From Octopus vulgaris (lineage: Eukaryota): a DNA stretch of 64,000 bases. The stretch spans positions 187,612,001-187,676,000 of the forward strand of contig OX597814.1 of the NCBI GenBank assembly GCA_951406725.2, given 5' to 3'. Positions 26,904 through 39,354 of the stretch are shown piece by piece. The number at the start of each line of letters is the position of its first letter. Position 1 is the first letter of the stretch. The translations under genes and the position numbers were made by a program. Under the pieces are notes generated by a model that did no database searches, was not told the origin of the DNA, and saw only the letters and a program-made list of their open reading frames with translations.

Positions 26904-27429
26904 ACATGAAGAAAAGTAAATTTTTATTTCTATTATCACAAGGTTTAAAATATGAATATATAACTAAAAAGGAAAAAAAAATGAAGTCAGAATAAAGAAA
27001 GTAATTCAGGATTGAAATCTTTTCCTATAGTTTAACACTATTTCTTATTTGGGTTGATTGTTGCAAAAAGGCAGCAAAAAAAATAATTCTTAGAGTAGTT
27101 CATATACTTCAGCCTTCTTTCTGCTTTTCTGCTTGCAGAACTCTGTACTATCTCTCAACTCTGACTACCATCTAGATCCAATCTCCAACTATCTACATCC
27201 AATCTCCAGCTTCAATTATTTGTCTGTATTCCTATTACATGTTCACACCATTAGAGTTTCATCACACCACAATCAACATTGTTCTACCTCCTTAAATTAC
27301 ATGGTTATTGTAAGGAGATTGACTGATACACTGATAATAATCACACAACTAAAGCCTTCAAAGTCATTACAAATGCTAAGTATCACAATATATGATATTG
27401 CCAAAGCTGCATAACAAAATTCAGGATTC

Positions 27430-27830
27430 CTCTTTAGGGCTAGGAAATCTCAATCCTTCGCAACTCAGTGCTGCTGCTACACAATACACCTGTACCCTAG
27501 ATAGCATCCAAAAGTAAGCTTTTTAACTGATTAGCAAAATTTCATTCACCTACACACTTCAACAACTGGCTTGCAGATGTTCAGCTCTTTCTATTTGCCT
27601 CTTCCAGTACTTCAATGATCTCTACTTTTCTGAAATAACAACACCATATTCTTTCTATATTTTTCCCACTCATCACCCTCCTGTATTTCACCTCCTACAC
27701 TCAATATTAAATGCTGTGCAGTCTTTCTTTCCCGTAACTGTAACCATTCTGAATCCCCTCTTGTCCACAGATTTACAAAATAACAGAGATTTTTAAAGTA
27801 ACATCAACTGCATCAATTCCACCAGGGAAG
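27430..27830 (+). mobile_element. Highly degraded LINE 3' fragment (CR1/L2/Jockey group); related fragment at ~45130-45430
   Basis: Remnants resembling the ...SLFY...QSFFPRT..LWN...FK.NIN C-terminus; no clean reading frame. Confidence 0.35.
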
Positions 27831-30800
27831 GCCTGAAAATGGTTGTAGCCATTGTGTACCTATCGTGACTAACTTCTGTTGTAAAATATTTTTGAATATA
27901 ATTCCAGATATGAAATAATAACTTTCAGTAGCTCTCCTTCCTAGCTATTCTCGAAAAAAAAAAAGAAGTCACAGAAGTTAATTCTACCTTAGCTACATTC
28001 AAAATTAATTATGTAAGCCCGTTCACAATTCATCAATAAGAAAATACCAAGATAGAAAAGACCAGATCCTTGTCCATGGCCAGAGATAGAATATAAGATC
28101 ACAGTGCAGAAGCCAAGAAAGTAACATCATGGACGAGACACTATAGAAACATTTGTTTAAATGTAACAATGTGAATTTAAAAAAGACAATTGATGTTGCT
28201 CTTGCTGATTAACTAAACTAAGTAATGAACTATATGAATCCAAGGTTCACAAAAATAGCTTTCAGTGCCCAAACTTTTCATTTAATATGATAAAGGAAAT
28301 GACGAAATAATTATTGTGAAAAATTACTGAAGCTAAAAATATGAAAACAGCATGGAATTAATCACTAATTAACATACAGGCTCTTCTATACAACAAAGAC
28401 CCATCAAGTACATTGTGATGGTGGAGGCAGAGGTAGAAATCCAATACTAAGCTAGCAATGAAATGTATCTATATATATATATATATAAGCAGTAGTAATA
28501 TTCAAGACAAAATAACAAAATGGCTTCCATTCAAGTGTATTAACTGTCCTAGAAGACAGATTGTGCAAGTAAATCTAATGACTTATAACAAGGAATCACA
28601 AGGTAGATAAATTGTTACCTAGAGAACAATCAATACTAGAGAGAGCTCAGTAACAAGACTCTGAAGTCGTTTGAATAAATTCAAATAACTTGTTGCAACT
28701 GACAACAAAAGTGGTATAATGTATGGTGTATGTGTAAAAAGTGTTATTCTACAAAGCTTGTTCAAATAAGGAAAAAGAAAAGAAAAAAGACAGTGAATTC
28801 TTAATTTTTTGCTATTTTAAGATATTAAATCAAGAGGGAATGGAAATGTGTGCAACATATGTTAGCAAAATAGAATGCATATGGAAAAAAGCTTAAGAAT
28901 GAACTGTATTAAGCCTTCTCATAAAAAAAAATGAGGTTGGTGTTAAAGAATGAATAGTCAGTAGTCTTACTATATATTTCATAATGGATTTAATAATAAT
29001 TTATCCCCAAAACTTAAAGGGAAAGGAAAATATAATGATTATTAGGTTGAACTCTTTACTAGTGTTAATAATACAGATTAAAATGTTGGAGAGGATAATA
29101 AAAGATAAGATCAAGTAAACAACTTGCCAAAAACATGAAAACAATACAATATAACTATAAAAAAGAAATAAAGCTTCTAAAATGTTAAGCTATGCTGGCA
29201 CTTAATTATAAAAATTAACACATTTAATTGCTAAGCTCTAGCCTATCAAAAGAATATAAAGGATATGTAAACAAACTATCAACTATCTTGCAGCTCAGTA
29301 TTTCTAAGCTTTCTCATTCATAAAAATATATTAACTATTTTTAAAACACTCTTTCCTTACTACCATTCATGTTGTGTAATGAAGTAGCTTTCAGTGATGT
29401 ATTATCACGGTTGGTAAACTTTTGAAATTATTTTACATGACTGTTATATGCACAACCAATCCAAGAGCTAGCTCTTCCTTGTTATTTAAAGGATCTACAC
29501 AAATTCTCCTCACCTATAATCTGAAGAAAACAAAATTACAGTAATTAGCTCCCACTTTGAGATAGCATTTCAGATGGTGATCCTTAAGACAATATCAGAA
29601 GGGATATAAAGATATTACAAATTAAATCCAACCCTAATTTCAGATTACAAATGATAATTTATTCTAAGAAATAAAATTAAAAATCATCTTTATAATAAAG
29701 TATGAAGTAAATTTTCAAAGGCATGTTGAGAAATTCAAAATGTGGTCTATTGTTGAGTTATTCAAAATATAGTCCATTGTTTCCATACAATCAATTTGAA
29801 AATATGTGATTATGTGATTATTTTTGGGGGTTTTTTTTATGAAAATTCTTTAAAATATCGAAAATGGAATTTTAGTTACAGTAGATGAGAAAGTATAAAA
29901 ATCAAATCTTAAGTAACTAAGCTTGTTTCATATACCCTTTTCAATAGCAAATATTGCAAATATTCTATTGACTGCAAGTTAGCGAAATGTCAGCTTGTTA
30001 GCAAAGACTATATACAGTAAATATGTTCTTGAAAGTAAAAATTTTCCTATTTAATAAAGAGCAATAAGCAGTTTTTTAAAGCAGTAAATATAAATAGAAG
30101 GCAGATTTGAAAGATAAGTCTGCTATCTGATTGGTTCATCATTTAATGAGGAAGGAGAACAAAAGAAATATATTTTGTGTGATCAACATGTGACTTGATT
30201 AAAACAAAATTTTAACACCAAACTCATTTCATTCTTGATAAAGTGATAAGAACTGTCATTAATTTGCTTGTGTTATTCATTTTATACCTTTTTTTCAATA
30301 ACAATATTGAAAAGGGAAATTTGCTGATGAGCTTGAGAAAGTATTTTTTTTAATTATTATTAATGTTAAGTAGTTTAAATAGGACATAATTAGAAAAAAA
30401 ATTAAGTAATTCTTGGTAATAAACAATTATCAAAATATGCTAACTTAAAATGAACAATTGCTAATTATTTAGAAACTACATGCAAAATCATTTAGTTTTG
30501 TTGGTTTTTTTTTGTTATTATTTTAGGTTATTTTATTGGCTCATGTCAAGGAAAAAACTAACATGCTAGACAGTCGAAAAGTAGCTCAGCATTTTTGTCT
30601 TTAACAATAAAAACAAAAAAGACACTCCACACACAAAGTATCAAAATCAGTGTTAAAAAAACCATAGAAATTCCTAAGGCCAAATAGTAGCACATTTTAC
30701 CTCCAACTCTAAAAACACAAATTTGGAATAAACTCTTTTGTCATATATGTTACTAAGTATCATTTCACAACCTAATAATACTGGGTCACAACTGATACTT

Positions 30801-32879
30801 TAAGAAAACCAGCAGTCTAGATCACGCAAAAACAAGGAACGCTGGCAAGCAGATTTTGTTTTACTCAAAGTATGTGGTGGAATAGGAGGAGAATGAAGGA
30901 AGCTTGGTTTCTCATGGGAGACCTAACAAACCACTAAGTAGGAAGGCTGGTAGAATGAAGATTAACATATTATTAAATTTTTCAGTGTTGTAAAAGAAGA
31001 ATATTTATGGTAGAAAGTTCACATATGCATAAAATGAAAGACAGAGAGAGAGAGAGATAGAGTGATAATGTATAATGCACAAGCACACACACACACACAC
31101 ACATATATACACTATCTTTCAAAATTTATAAGAAATGTTTGAATATACTAACTAAATATATTCCACAAGACACTGTCAATATTGGTAGTAACAACCATTA
31201 TCTTAATGGTAATCAAATGATTAGAAGCTGACAAATTTGATTAGGTTTATCACTGTATCTGAATTGTTAACCAGACATGTTTCTTATTATAAAATGGCTA
31301 CTAATTCCACTACAGAGGAAAGCAATTGTATTAGGAAGGGTAACCAACCATAAGAAACTTGCTACAACATAATAAAAAAGATATTAACAAAGAACACACT
31401 CCACCCTTTATTCAAAATCAAAATCCAATATTACTAGAGAAATGATGTAATACAAATATATCTTACAGAAGAGTCCATTCTCTATAACCAAGCAACTGGG
31501 AATCTATGTGTTGAAAACCTATTCTATTTCTATCAATCACAACTAGTTTTCTAAAGAATTGCTGACATATTTTCATTCAGCTAATAGAAAATTTGTTAAT
31601 TAGCTAATAGAAAATATGTTGACAATTCAGTAATAATTGATACTAGCAAATATATGTACATATACAATTATTTACTATGTCTATTTAACAATTATGCACA
31701 CGAGTAATGTGTTACCATATTAGTAATTATGCAGCCTTCTTATACGCCCTAAAACTGTATTGTCACACATCCAAGAACAATATTGTTTGCTAACCACAAC
31801 ATTTTTGTGGCATTTTAACCATTATTAAGAACTAGTTTGCACAGCATACAGCCTGCATGAGCTTCTAGAGACTGAAAATATTTAATGGTCCATGGCCTGA
31901 CAACCCATGACAAGAGCATCCAGTCATAAAGATGTAATTAAAACCATACATAAGGTGATCTAACTAAAAACAGAACTGTGGATCTTTAGGGGGTCAATTT
32001 ATGAGTATAGTTTCTTTATTTGAGACACATTATGCAAAAAACTGACAATAAGGATGTTAAGGAAGAAATCAAACCTGGCAAAAATGTCAGAAAAGGGTAA
32101 GATATCCTTTGAAGGAAGAGAAGATCTTGTTTTAGATACAATGATCCTTCAACATATGAGTGCAAGATCACAACTCAAATCCTTCCCTTTATCCCAACCG
32201 ATCACGATTTAAAATAGAAATATTTAAATCATTCCTTACCCGAAAACTCTACATTTTTCTCAAAACAATAACATTTTATAAGAGGTTTCCAAAAGAGGTT
32301 GGATCTTTTTACTTATTAAATGTGAGTTTAGTTAAATTTCAAAAATGAATCTTACCCACTTATTTAATGGAGAACAAGAAAATAAATTGGCTAAAACAGG
32401 TTGAACGGAAATATTTTGTACAAAATCTCTTGACAGTTTAAGAGATTGACACAAAAACAGAAATTGATAGCCCAACTTAGTACTTTTAGGTTTCTTTTTT
32501 CTCATGTGGTATTTCACATCAACAAATGTAAAATATGTGGGGAAATAAAATATCCAAATAAATAAATAAAAAGGAAGAAAGAAAATTTCCTGACTCTCAT
32601 ACTTAAGGGCTCTTTTTACAAGCTAAAAGAAAGTATCAAGTCAGTATTTAAAAATACTTTGTGTATCTTAGCCAGCTAAGTAGGTTAGTGTTTAGCTTTA
32701 GTTTATGAATGGATATGTAGAAGAGAAAGATATTTCTCAAAAACAATACTAATCTATATCAACTTAAATCCTTAAAGTCAGAGCTATTCCTAGATGGATA
32801 TGGAGCTTGGAGAAACTCAATTACTGTGTCTTACACACACAACATACACACACACATACTCTCTCTCTCTCTCTCTCAT

Positions 32880-32916
<37 letters not shown>

Positions 32917-33089
32917 CATGCACATATGCACACTCAATTTTTACTCTCATAAAGACAGATAGGAACTCAGTGGAAGCTTGGTAAACATGATAATAAGGTT
33001 TACCTTACTCCAAAGCAGGTCTTAAGTATGCAACAATTGTGTTGAGATATGAACCAATAGCCATGAAATTCATCTATAACCAGTTTTAA

Positions 33090-33307
33090 CCCTTTAGTGT
33101 TCAGATTATTCTATCAACATAATGCTTATTGATTCACATTGATTTGAATTAATCATGCATTATCTCATATCTTTAAGATCTTGATGGTGTAATTATTTAA
33201 TGTAGAATAACATTGTAGGGTTGGTGTGAGAGCCTGGATCTGGTCAGTTTGAACATAAAACAGATTAAATATTTTGGCCGGATATGGCCGGTTTAAATAC
33301 TAAAGGG
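33090..33307 (+). mobile_element. piggyBac-like MITE, family 1
   Basis: TTAA|CCCTTTAG...CTAAAGGG|TTAC; internal similarity to 46430-46885 and 53779-53974. Confidence 0.85.
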
Positions 33308-33580
33308 TTACGGCAGTATTCAGCAAGAAAACCATGTAGAACTGGAGGAAATTAGATTTGGTGTACTTAGTATAATGTTTTGCAAGATACTAGTGCTTGC
33401 TTTAGTCTGACATTACTAGCCAATATATATACACAGGTATTTAATTACGATGTCTATTTAACAATTATGCATACTAATTTACAGACTTTAATAAGTAATT
33501 AAATATAATTAATTAAACATAAACATAAAACAAAGCTGAAACAAAAAAAAAAAGAGGGCAAAAATTGTAACAGAATTTTG

Positions 33581-33801
33581 CCCTTTTGATACTAAATCAC
33601 CCAAAATGCCTGATTCAATGATACAAATTTTAAAGTGATCTAAATTTTTTTTTTAAACTTTCCATTAAAACTGCAGGTTTACTTGTTGCTTCAAACACCA
33701 GTTTTAATTATAACAAAGTTGTTTTACTAAATTCTTCAATATTCTCAAAATTATTTGAAACAAAGTCTGTGTATTTCAACAGAAATATGAAAACAAAAAT
33801 G
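33581..33801 (-). mobile_element. piggyBac-like MITE, family 2
   Basis: Reverse-complement match to 51341-51556 (ctaaattcttcaatatt...gaaacaaag...tttcaacagaaatat); ccttttgatac / aacaaaaatg|ttaa ends. Confidence 0.65.
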
Positions 33802-34504
33802 TTAACCTTTTCTTTCTAAGATAATCTGGAAAATCACAAACAGAAAATGAATGTTCAGACAAAATTGTAACACAGGGGTTAATTGCAGATTGTTAGTGTT
33901 GTCATAACTACTCAGAGTACAAATCTTACCAAGATTTTACTTTCATTGTATTTGACTATGCTGGTGAGCACACAATAATTAACAACTTCTATTTTACATG
34001 TTAGTATGTTAGCATGCATATCACATGTTACCATGAAAAACAAGATTGTATCACTGGTACCTCACCCTCTAAAAGATTTCTTGTCATGCTCACTACCAAG
34101 ATTCTGGGAGAAATCAATCACTACAACTATCTTGGCACTACCTTCACTTCCACAAGCTAAGATTAAAACAAGAAGAAAAAAAAGGATGAGTGCTGTACAA
34201 TTCTTTGAGGCCAGCTTTGGTCTAGATGAGAGGTCTATATTGTTACAAAATCCATGCTTTAGATTTTATGTCAGACTATAAATCTCAGTGTTTATTGCCA
34301 GATTGATTCCCTTCAACAGCTCTTTCTCAAAAAGCAACAATATTTATTTGGTCACACATTGTATCAACTACAGAGTGAGATCACTCAAAATGCAGTCATG
34401 TCACAGCCCTTCCCAGAGTAGTGTAAACAGTGAGGTGGACATCTGAAAATGTAGATTAAGTTGGATCTTGAATTGATATTTGGTCCTCACATATTTGGTG
34501 TGAT

Positions 34505-34780
34505 CACCATCATCATTTAATGTCTGTTGTCCATGTTGGCATGACTTGGATGGTTTGACCAGAGCTGGCAAGCTGGGGCTGCACCAGACTTTGATTTGGC
34601 ATGGTTTCTATGAATGGATGCTCTTCCTAACACCAACCACTTTTACAGAGTGTGTTGGGCACTTTTACATGGCACTGCACAGGCACTTTTACATTACACT
34701 ACATAGGTGCTTTTATGTGACACTGCACAAGCACTTTTACGTGGTGGTACTACTACAAGTGCTTTTTGCATGTCACCGTT
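34505..34780 (-). mobile_element. RTE LINE 3' end with ~24 bp tandem repeats
   Basis: (cat)n tail, ggatgctcttcctaacaccaacc, five units like ggcacttttacatggcactgcaca at ~34658-34778. Confidence 0.7.
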
Positions 34781-35473
34781 GACAATCTTTGAATCAGACA
34801 TCTGCAACTACCAAGTGTCGTTAGTTTCCACCTGTGGTGCTGCAGATTTATGGTTTAATGACCAAGCTGTTAATTAACAGTAACAATTTGATCATTAAGG
34901 GGAGTGCCTACTATTAGTTAAACAGACCAAAACAAGCTGTGTAATGAAGTATATTTAAAGATAACATGCAATAGCTGTAGCTGAACCTGAATGCCTGATG
35001 TCTGATCTTAATGTCAGTCATCATGCTTCCATATTTAATAATATTACAATATTTAATGGTTTCTCTTGTGTATGGGGGGAGGAGGTTTAATCAAGAAGAA
35101 CAGCAATATCCATGAACTTCTGTAGCACCTCCAGGACAAATGGGAAAATGTACTTCTAAGTGACAAAGCAATCACAACACACAGATTACATTCAAGCAGG
35201 AGACCTAACACAATGAAGGCACTTAACTGCATCCAACAGATTCCACGCAGTTTCTGTCTACTCATTTGCATTTTCAAAGCTTGGATCAACCCAAGTTTTC
35301 ATAGCAAACTTGCTCAAGGTGTCATGCACTATTCTTCATGCACAAACTATTAATCTGAGGTTCAGATTATTTATTTCTTCTGCACAAGCATTTAGGAGTA
35401 AAATATATTTGTTGTAAGAATGGCTCACTTTATATATATACTCATATATATACACACACACACACACACACTT

Positions 35474-36000
35474 TGGTTTTCTTCAGACAAGAAAAATTTC
35501 TGCCAGGATCAAATGGTGAACACACAGAACAACTTTTGGCTTGCCATGTCTCCAAAACATGTACCAAGAGTGATAAAAATCAAACATCCAGTCAACATTA
35601 TGATGTTTGGAGTGATCACTAGTGATGGCAATGTTATGCCTCCATTCATCTTTCCACACAGCCTCAGACTCAACACGGAGGCATACATCAAGTGCCTGGA
35701 GGAGGTAGTGCTGATCTGGCTCAAAAGGGTGGCTGCTGAAAGACCCTATGTCTGGCAACAGGACTCTGCAGCATGCCATACAAGCAGGAGAACGCAGTCA
35801 TGGCTGTCAGGCAATTTCTGCAATCACATTATCCCTAATATCTGGCCACCTAACTCCCCAGACTGCAACCCCCTTGATTATTATGTGTGGGGCGCACTTT
35901 AACAAGACCAACAAAAACTCCTTGTAACACCAAAGTTGAACTGAAGGCAAGGATTATGACAGCATTCACCAACTTAAACAAGGTGACCATCCAGAGTTGC
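35474..36000 (+). mobile_element. Tc1/mariner transposase fragment, DD37D (maT) type, pseudogene
   Basis: ORF 35420..35902: FSSDKKNF..., WQQDSAACH...WPPNSPDCNPLDYYVWG with 37 residues between the second and third Asp; C-terminus continues frameshifted (CNTKVELKARIMTAF); no DNA-binding N-terminus or TIRs. Confidence 0.9.
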
Positions 36001-37171
36001 AATTTACTCACCGCACTATATGTGTGTTTTTACAGAATTGTTAAATGTTTCTTTGGTAATCGTTTTCCTAAAAATGGCTAAAATCAAATAGTCATATTAT
36101 TGTCTCACTTATCCAATTAGATATGAAAAAGTATAAATTATGTTGTGAATATGTCCTGAAGTTTCAAACTAAAGGAGGAGTTGTTGGATAATGTAGTGTG
36201 ATATGAATTGTGTCTCAAACGACAGGATGGCCATGGCTAGAATATTAATGATCATAGGACTGCTTGACCAGAAATGACCAGGGGATAAACAGCAACACCA
36301 TGACTCTTCCACTCTGGTTAGCTAGGGCTGATTCTTTTTCATTTTCTCTTGTCATTTGCTAGGATCTATATTAACATAATCTTTTATTGGTTATTTGCTA
36401 CTTCAAACTAATAGCCTTCAATAACAAATTCTCTACATTTATTCTGCAACCTCTTCCTCACAACCCAATAATCACTCAATGTCCAAAAATGCCTGGTAGC
36501 ATTTCTTTAAGAAACAGTTGTTAATAGAAAGCAAATACTTAACCATAAAATGTCCGTCTGTCTCTCTTTCATGTCTGCTTTACTACTTCCAATGTCTTTA
36601 GGCCTTACCAAGATCAATGAGATACTTGAAGTTTTTACACAGTATGTATAAATATGTAACCAATATAAATAAAGTTTATTCAAAAGCTAAGTGATATCAA
36701 CAATATGAATTCGAAAAAGCTTGTTAATATATAAGATCAAAAAGGCAGTGCTTTATTTGTTCCCTGGCAATACACAGATAGTCTACTTATTGTCTTTCCC
36801 TCTACCTATCAGCTATATAAATTTTTGCAGGATACCAGCTATAATATTTATGCTATTCATCGTATCCCAGTGTAGCTAGTGGTACAAGAATGCATTTTAG
36901 CAAAATGGGAAACAAGAAAAGCTTTAGAGCACTATTGTTTGACTTTCTTTATTAACTTACTGAATGTAACAAAACAACATTGTTGTTTGAACTCTTCACT
37001 TTCTAACTGTTCTCTAAAGTTATGGCTCGTTAATCGAAATTGACAATAAGCTGTCATTAAAATATCCATTTGGTTAACTAGTTTATTATATCTGTCTTTA
37101 GGAAAATGCTTTCTACCTGCAACAGAGTAAAAACATTCTAAGGAATATATCAGGATGAGAGAGGGAGTGAG

Positions 37172-37284
<113 letters not shown>

Positions 37285-37858
37285 ACGTGCGCCCACCTAC
37301 ACATCTTCACAGGGAGAAACATTTAAATATGGTAATTTGATAATGGAGTAGTGAAATGTTAGCTTTAAATCCTGTCTGCGGTTCTGTCTTATTAGTAATT
37401 ACACACAAAGATCTCTTATCAAGAGGTTATTGTCATTGTAGTAATTTCTCTCTGTGCCGGCACATGTAGGAACAACCTCATTCACTTCATTCTGTGCTGA
37501 TAGATGATAACCTTCCCAACATACAGATAATAAATATAAAAAGAGATCCCTAACATAGATTATGAGATGCTATCTACTGCACTCTACAAAGTCAGGCATA
37601 CAAATAATAATAGCAATCTTTGTAAAGTTGGCACAAGACCTTGGATATTGGTGGAAGACATAGTTAAAATGGCTCTTGCTCTGTCTATGACTGGTAATAT
37701 TATCAATCCTAGAAGGATGAAATGCTAAGTCATCATGATGAGATATAAATACAATGTGTAAAAAAAGTGAACTAAATATATGACAATATTTTGTTTGATG
37801 TTCTATTGATTTTACCATAAACTATCCTTGTAAAAATAATAATAATGATCATGGTCAA

Positions 37859-37912
<54 letters not shown>

Positions 37913-37913
<1 letters not shown>

Positions 37914-38081
37914 GTCATGTGCTGTTTATCTTGATATGAGATCATCATGTTGCGCACATATGGTTGTGATGCATGTGCCTAGTATACCCTTATCAGACAG
38001 GTAGTCATGATGGGTAGGTATACTGGGCTACGTATATTTAACCCCAGTGTCACTTTGATGGCATGCATTGCTCTCTCACTC
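37913..38081 (+). mobile_element. 5'-truncated copy of an (AAT)n-inserted element (family E)
   Basis: Matches the reverse complement of 62807-62940; (aat)n on both sides. Confidence 0.8.
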
Positions 38082-38099
38082 AATAATAATAATAAATAA

Positions 38100-38399
38100 C
38101 AAGAAAGAATTTGGAGCATGTGAAAAGTAAAGGTTGCCCCTATAATAATTGGTGTGTTGGGAACAATAAGCCCAGATATAGACAAACGGCTGAAGGAGAT
38201 TGAAACAGAATGCCCGGTAGAACTCCTACAGAATGTCTGTCTCTTAGGGATAAGCAAAGATTATCAAGAGGGTTCTAAGCACTTGAAAGATTGCTGAAAA
38301 CTTGTGGATACTTCAGGTTACAGGTAGTAACTCGCTATTCACATAATTCCTACCTGGAATAAGACCGAAACTGAACCAAACCAAAATAATAATAATAAT
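38100..38399 (+). mobile_element. Dong/R4 LINE 3' end with (AAT)n tail
   Basis: From 38103: ERIWSM*KVKVAPIIIGVLGTISPDIDKRLKEIETECPVELLQNVCLLG, frameshift, AKIIKRVLST* (stop at 38286); short UTR, then (aat)n. Confidence 0.85.
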
Positions 38400-38997
38400 T
38401 TCTAACATAGACACAAGACCACAGATGTGGGGTAGGATATAGTCAATTAGACAAATTCCAATACTTGATTGATGCTTATTATATCAACTTCAGATGGAAG
38501 GGCTGCAAACTCAATTTCAGTAGAATTTGGGCTGAAATGTAAAACCATGTCACTACATAGCACAAAGCATTAAATCCATCACTCTGCCATTTCAAATATT
38601 CCTTGTCTTTCTTAGTAAACATATATATGTCTCATAAAAAACTGCAATTTAGAAGTAAAATTTCTTCCTATAAACAGTTTTCCTACAAATATTATTATAG
38701 AAGACTGACTTGGATTTTCTTTAGTAACACATTTTAAATTCTTTATTAATTAAGGTTGACAAAGACCATAAAATTTAACATGAAATAATATTCTAATGAT
38801 CCATTTACCAAATTGCACTCAGTTGGCAAATCAAACTGAGACTACAGTGGAAGCCAAGGGACTGCACAACAGGACTAAACCTGGATCTACATGGTCACAG
38901 ACTGAGCTTCCTAAACCTCAGAACTATGCCTATTCTTCTGTGTGTGTTTGTGTGTATACATATGCATTTGAATGTATGTACACACATATATATATCT

Positions 38998-39260
38998 CTG
39001 CCGGTGGCACGTAAAAGGCACCATCCAAACGTGACTGATGCCAGCGCCGCCTTGACTGGCTTCTATGCCGGTGGCACGTAAAAAGCACCCACTACACTCA
39101 CGGAGTGGTTGGCGTTAGGAAGGGCATCCAGCTGTAGAAACACTGCTGGATCAGACTGGGGCCTGGTGCAGCCTTCTGGCTTCCCAGACCCCGGTCGAAC
39201 TGTCTAACCCGTGCTAGCACGGAAAACAGACGTTAAACGATGATGATGATGATGATGATG
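38998..39260 (+). mobile_element. RTE LINE 3' end (5'-truncated) with (GAT)n tail
   Basis: Duplicated gccggtggcacgtaaaa units, ggcgttaggaagggcatccagctgtagaaac, tail gacgttaaacgatgatgat. Confidence 0.8.
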
Positions 39261-39270
39261 AATACATCCA

Positions 39271-39354
<84 letters not shown>

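Noticed and set aside
34658-34778. Five ~24 bp repeats that could be mistaken for a CRISPR array
   Set aside because: Units are contiguous with no unique spacers, lie in an RTE 3' UTR, and the context is eukaryotic with no cas genes.
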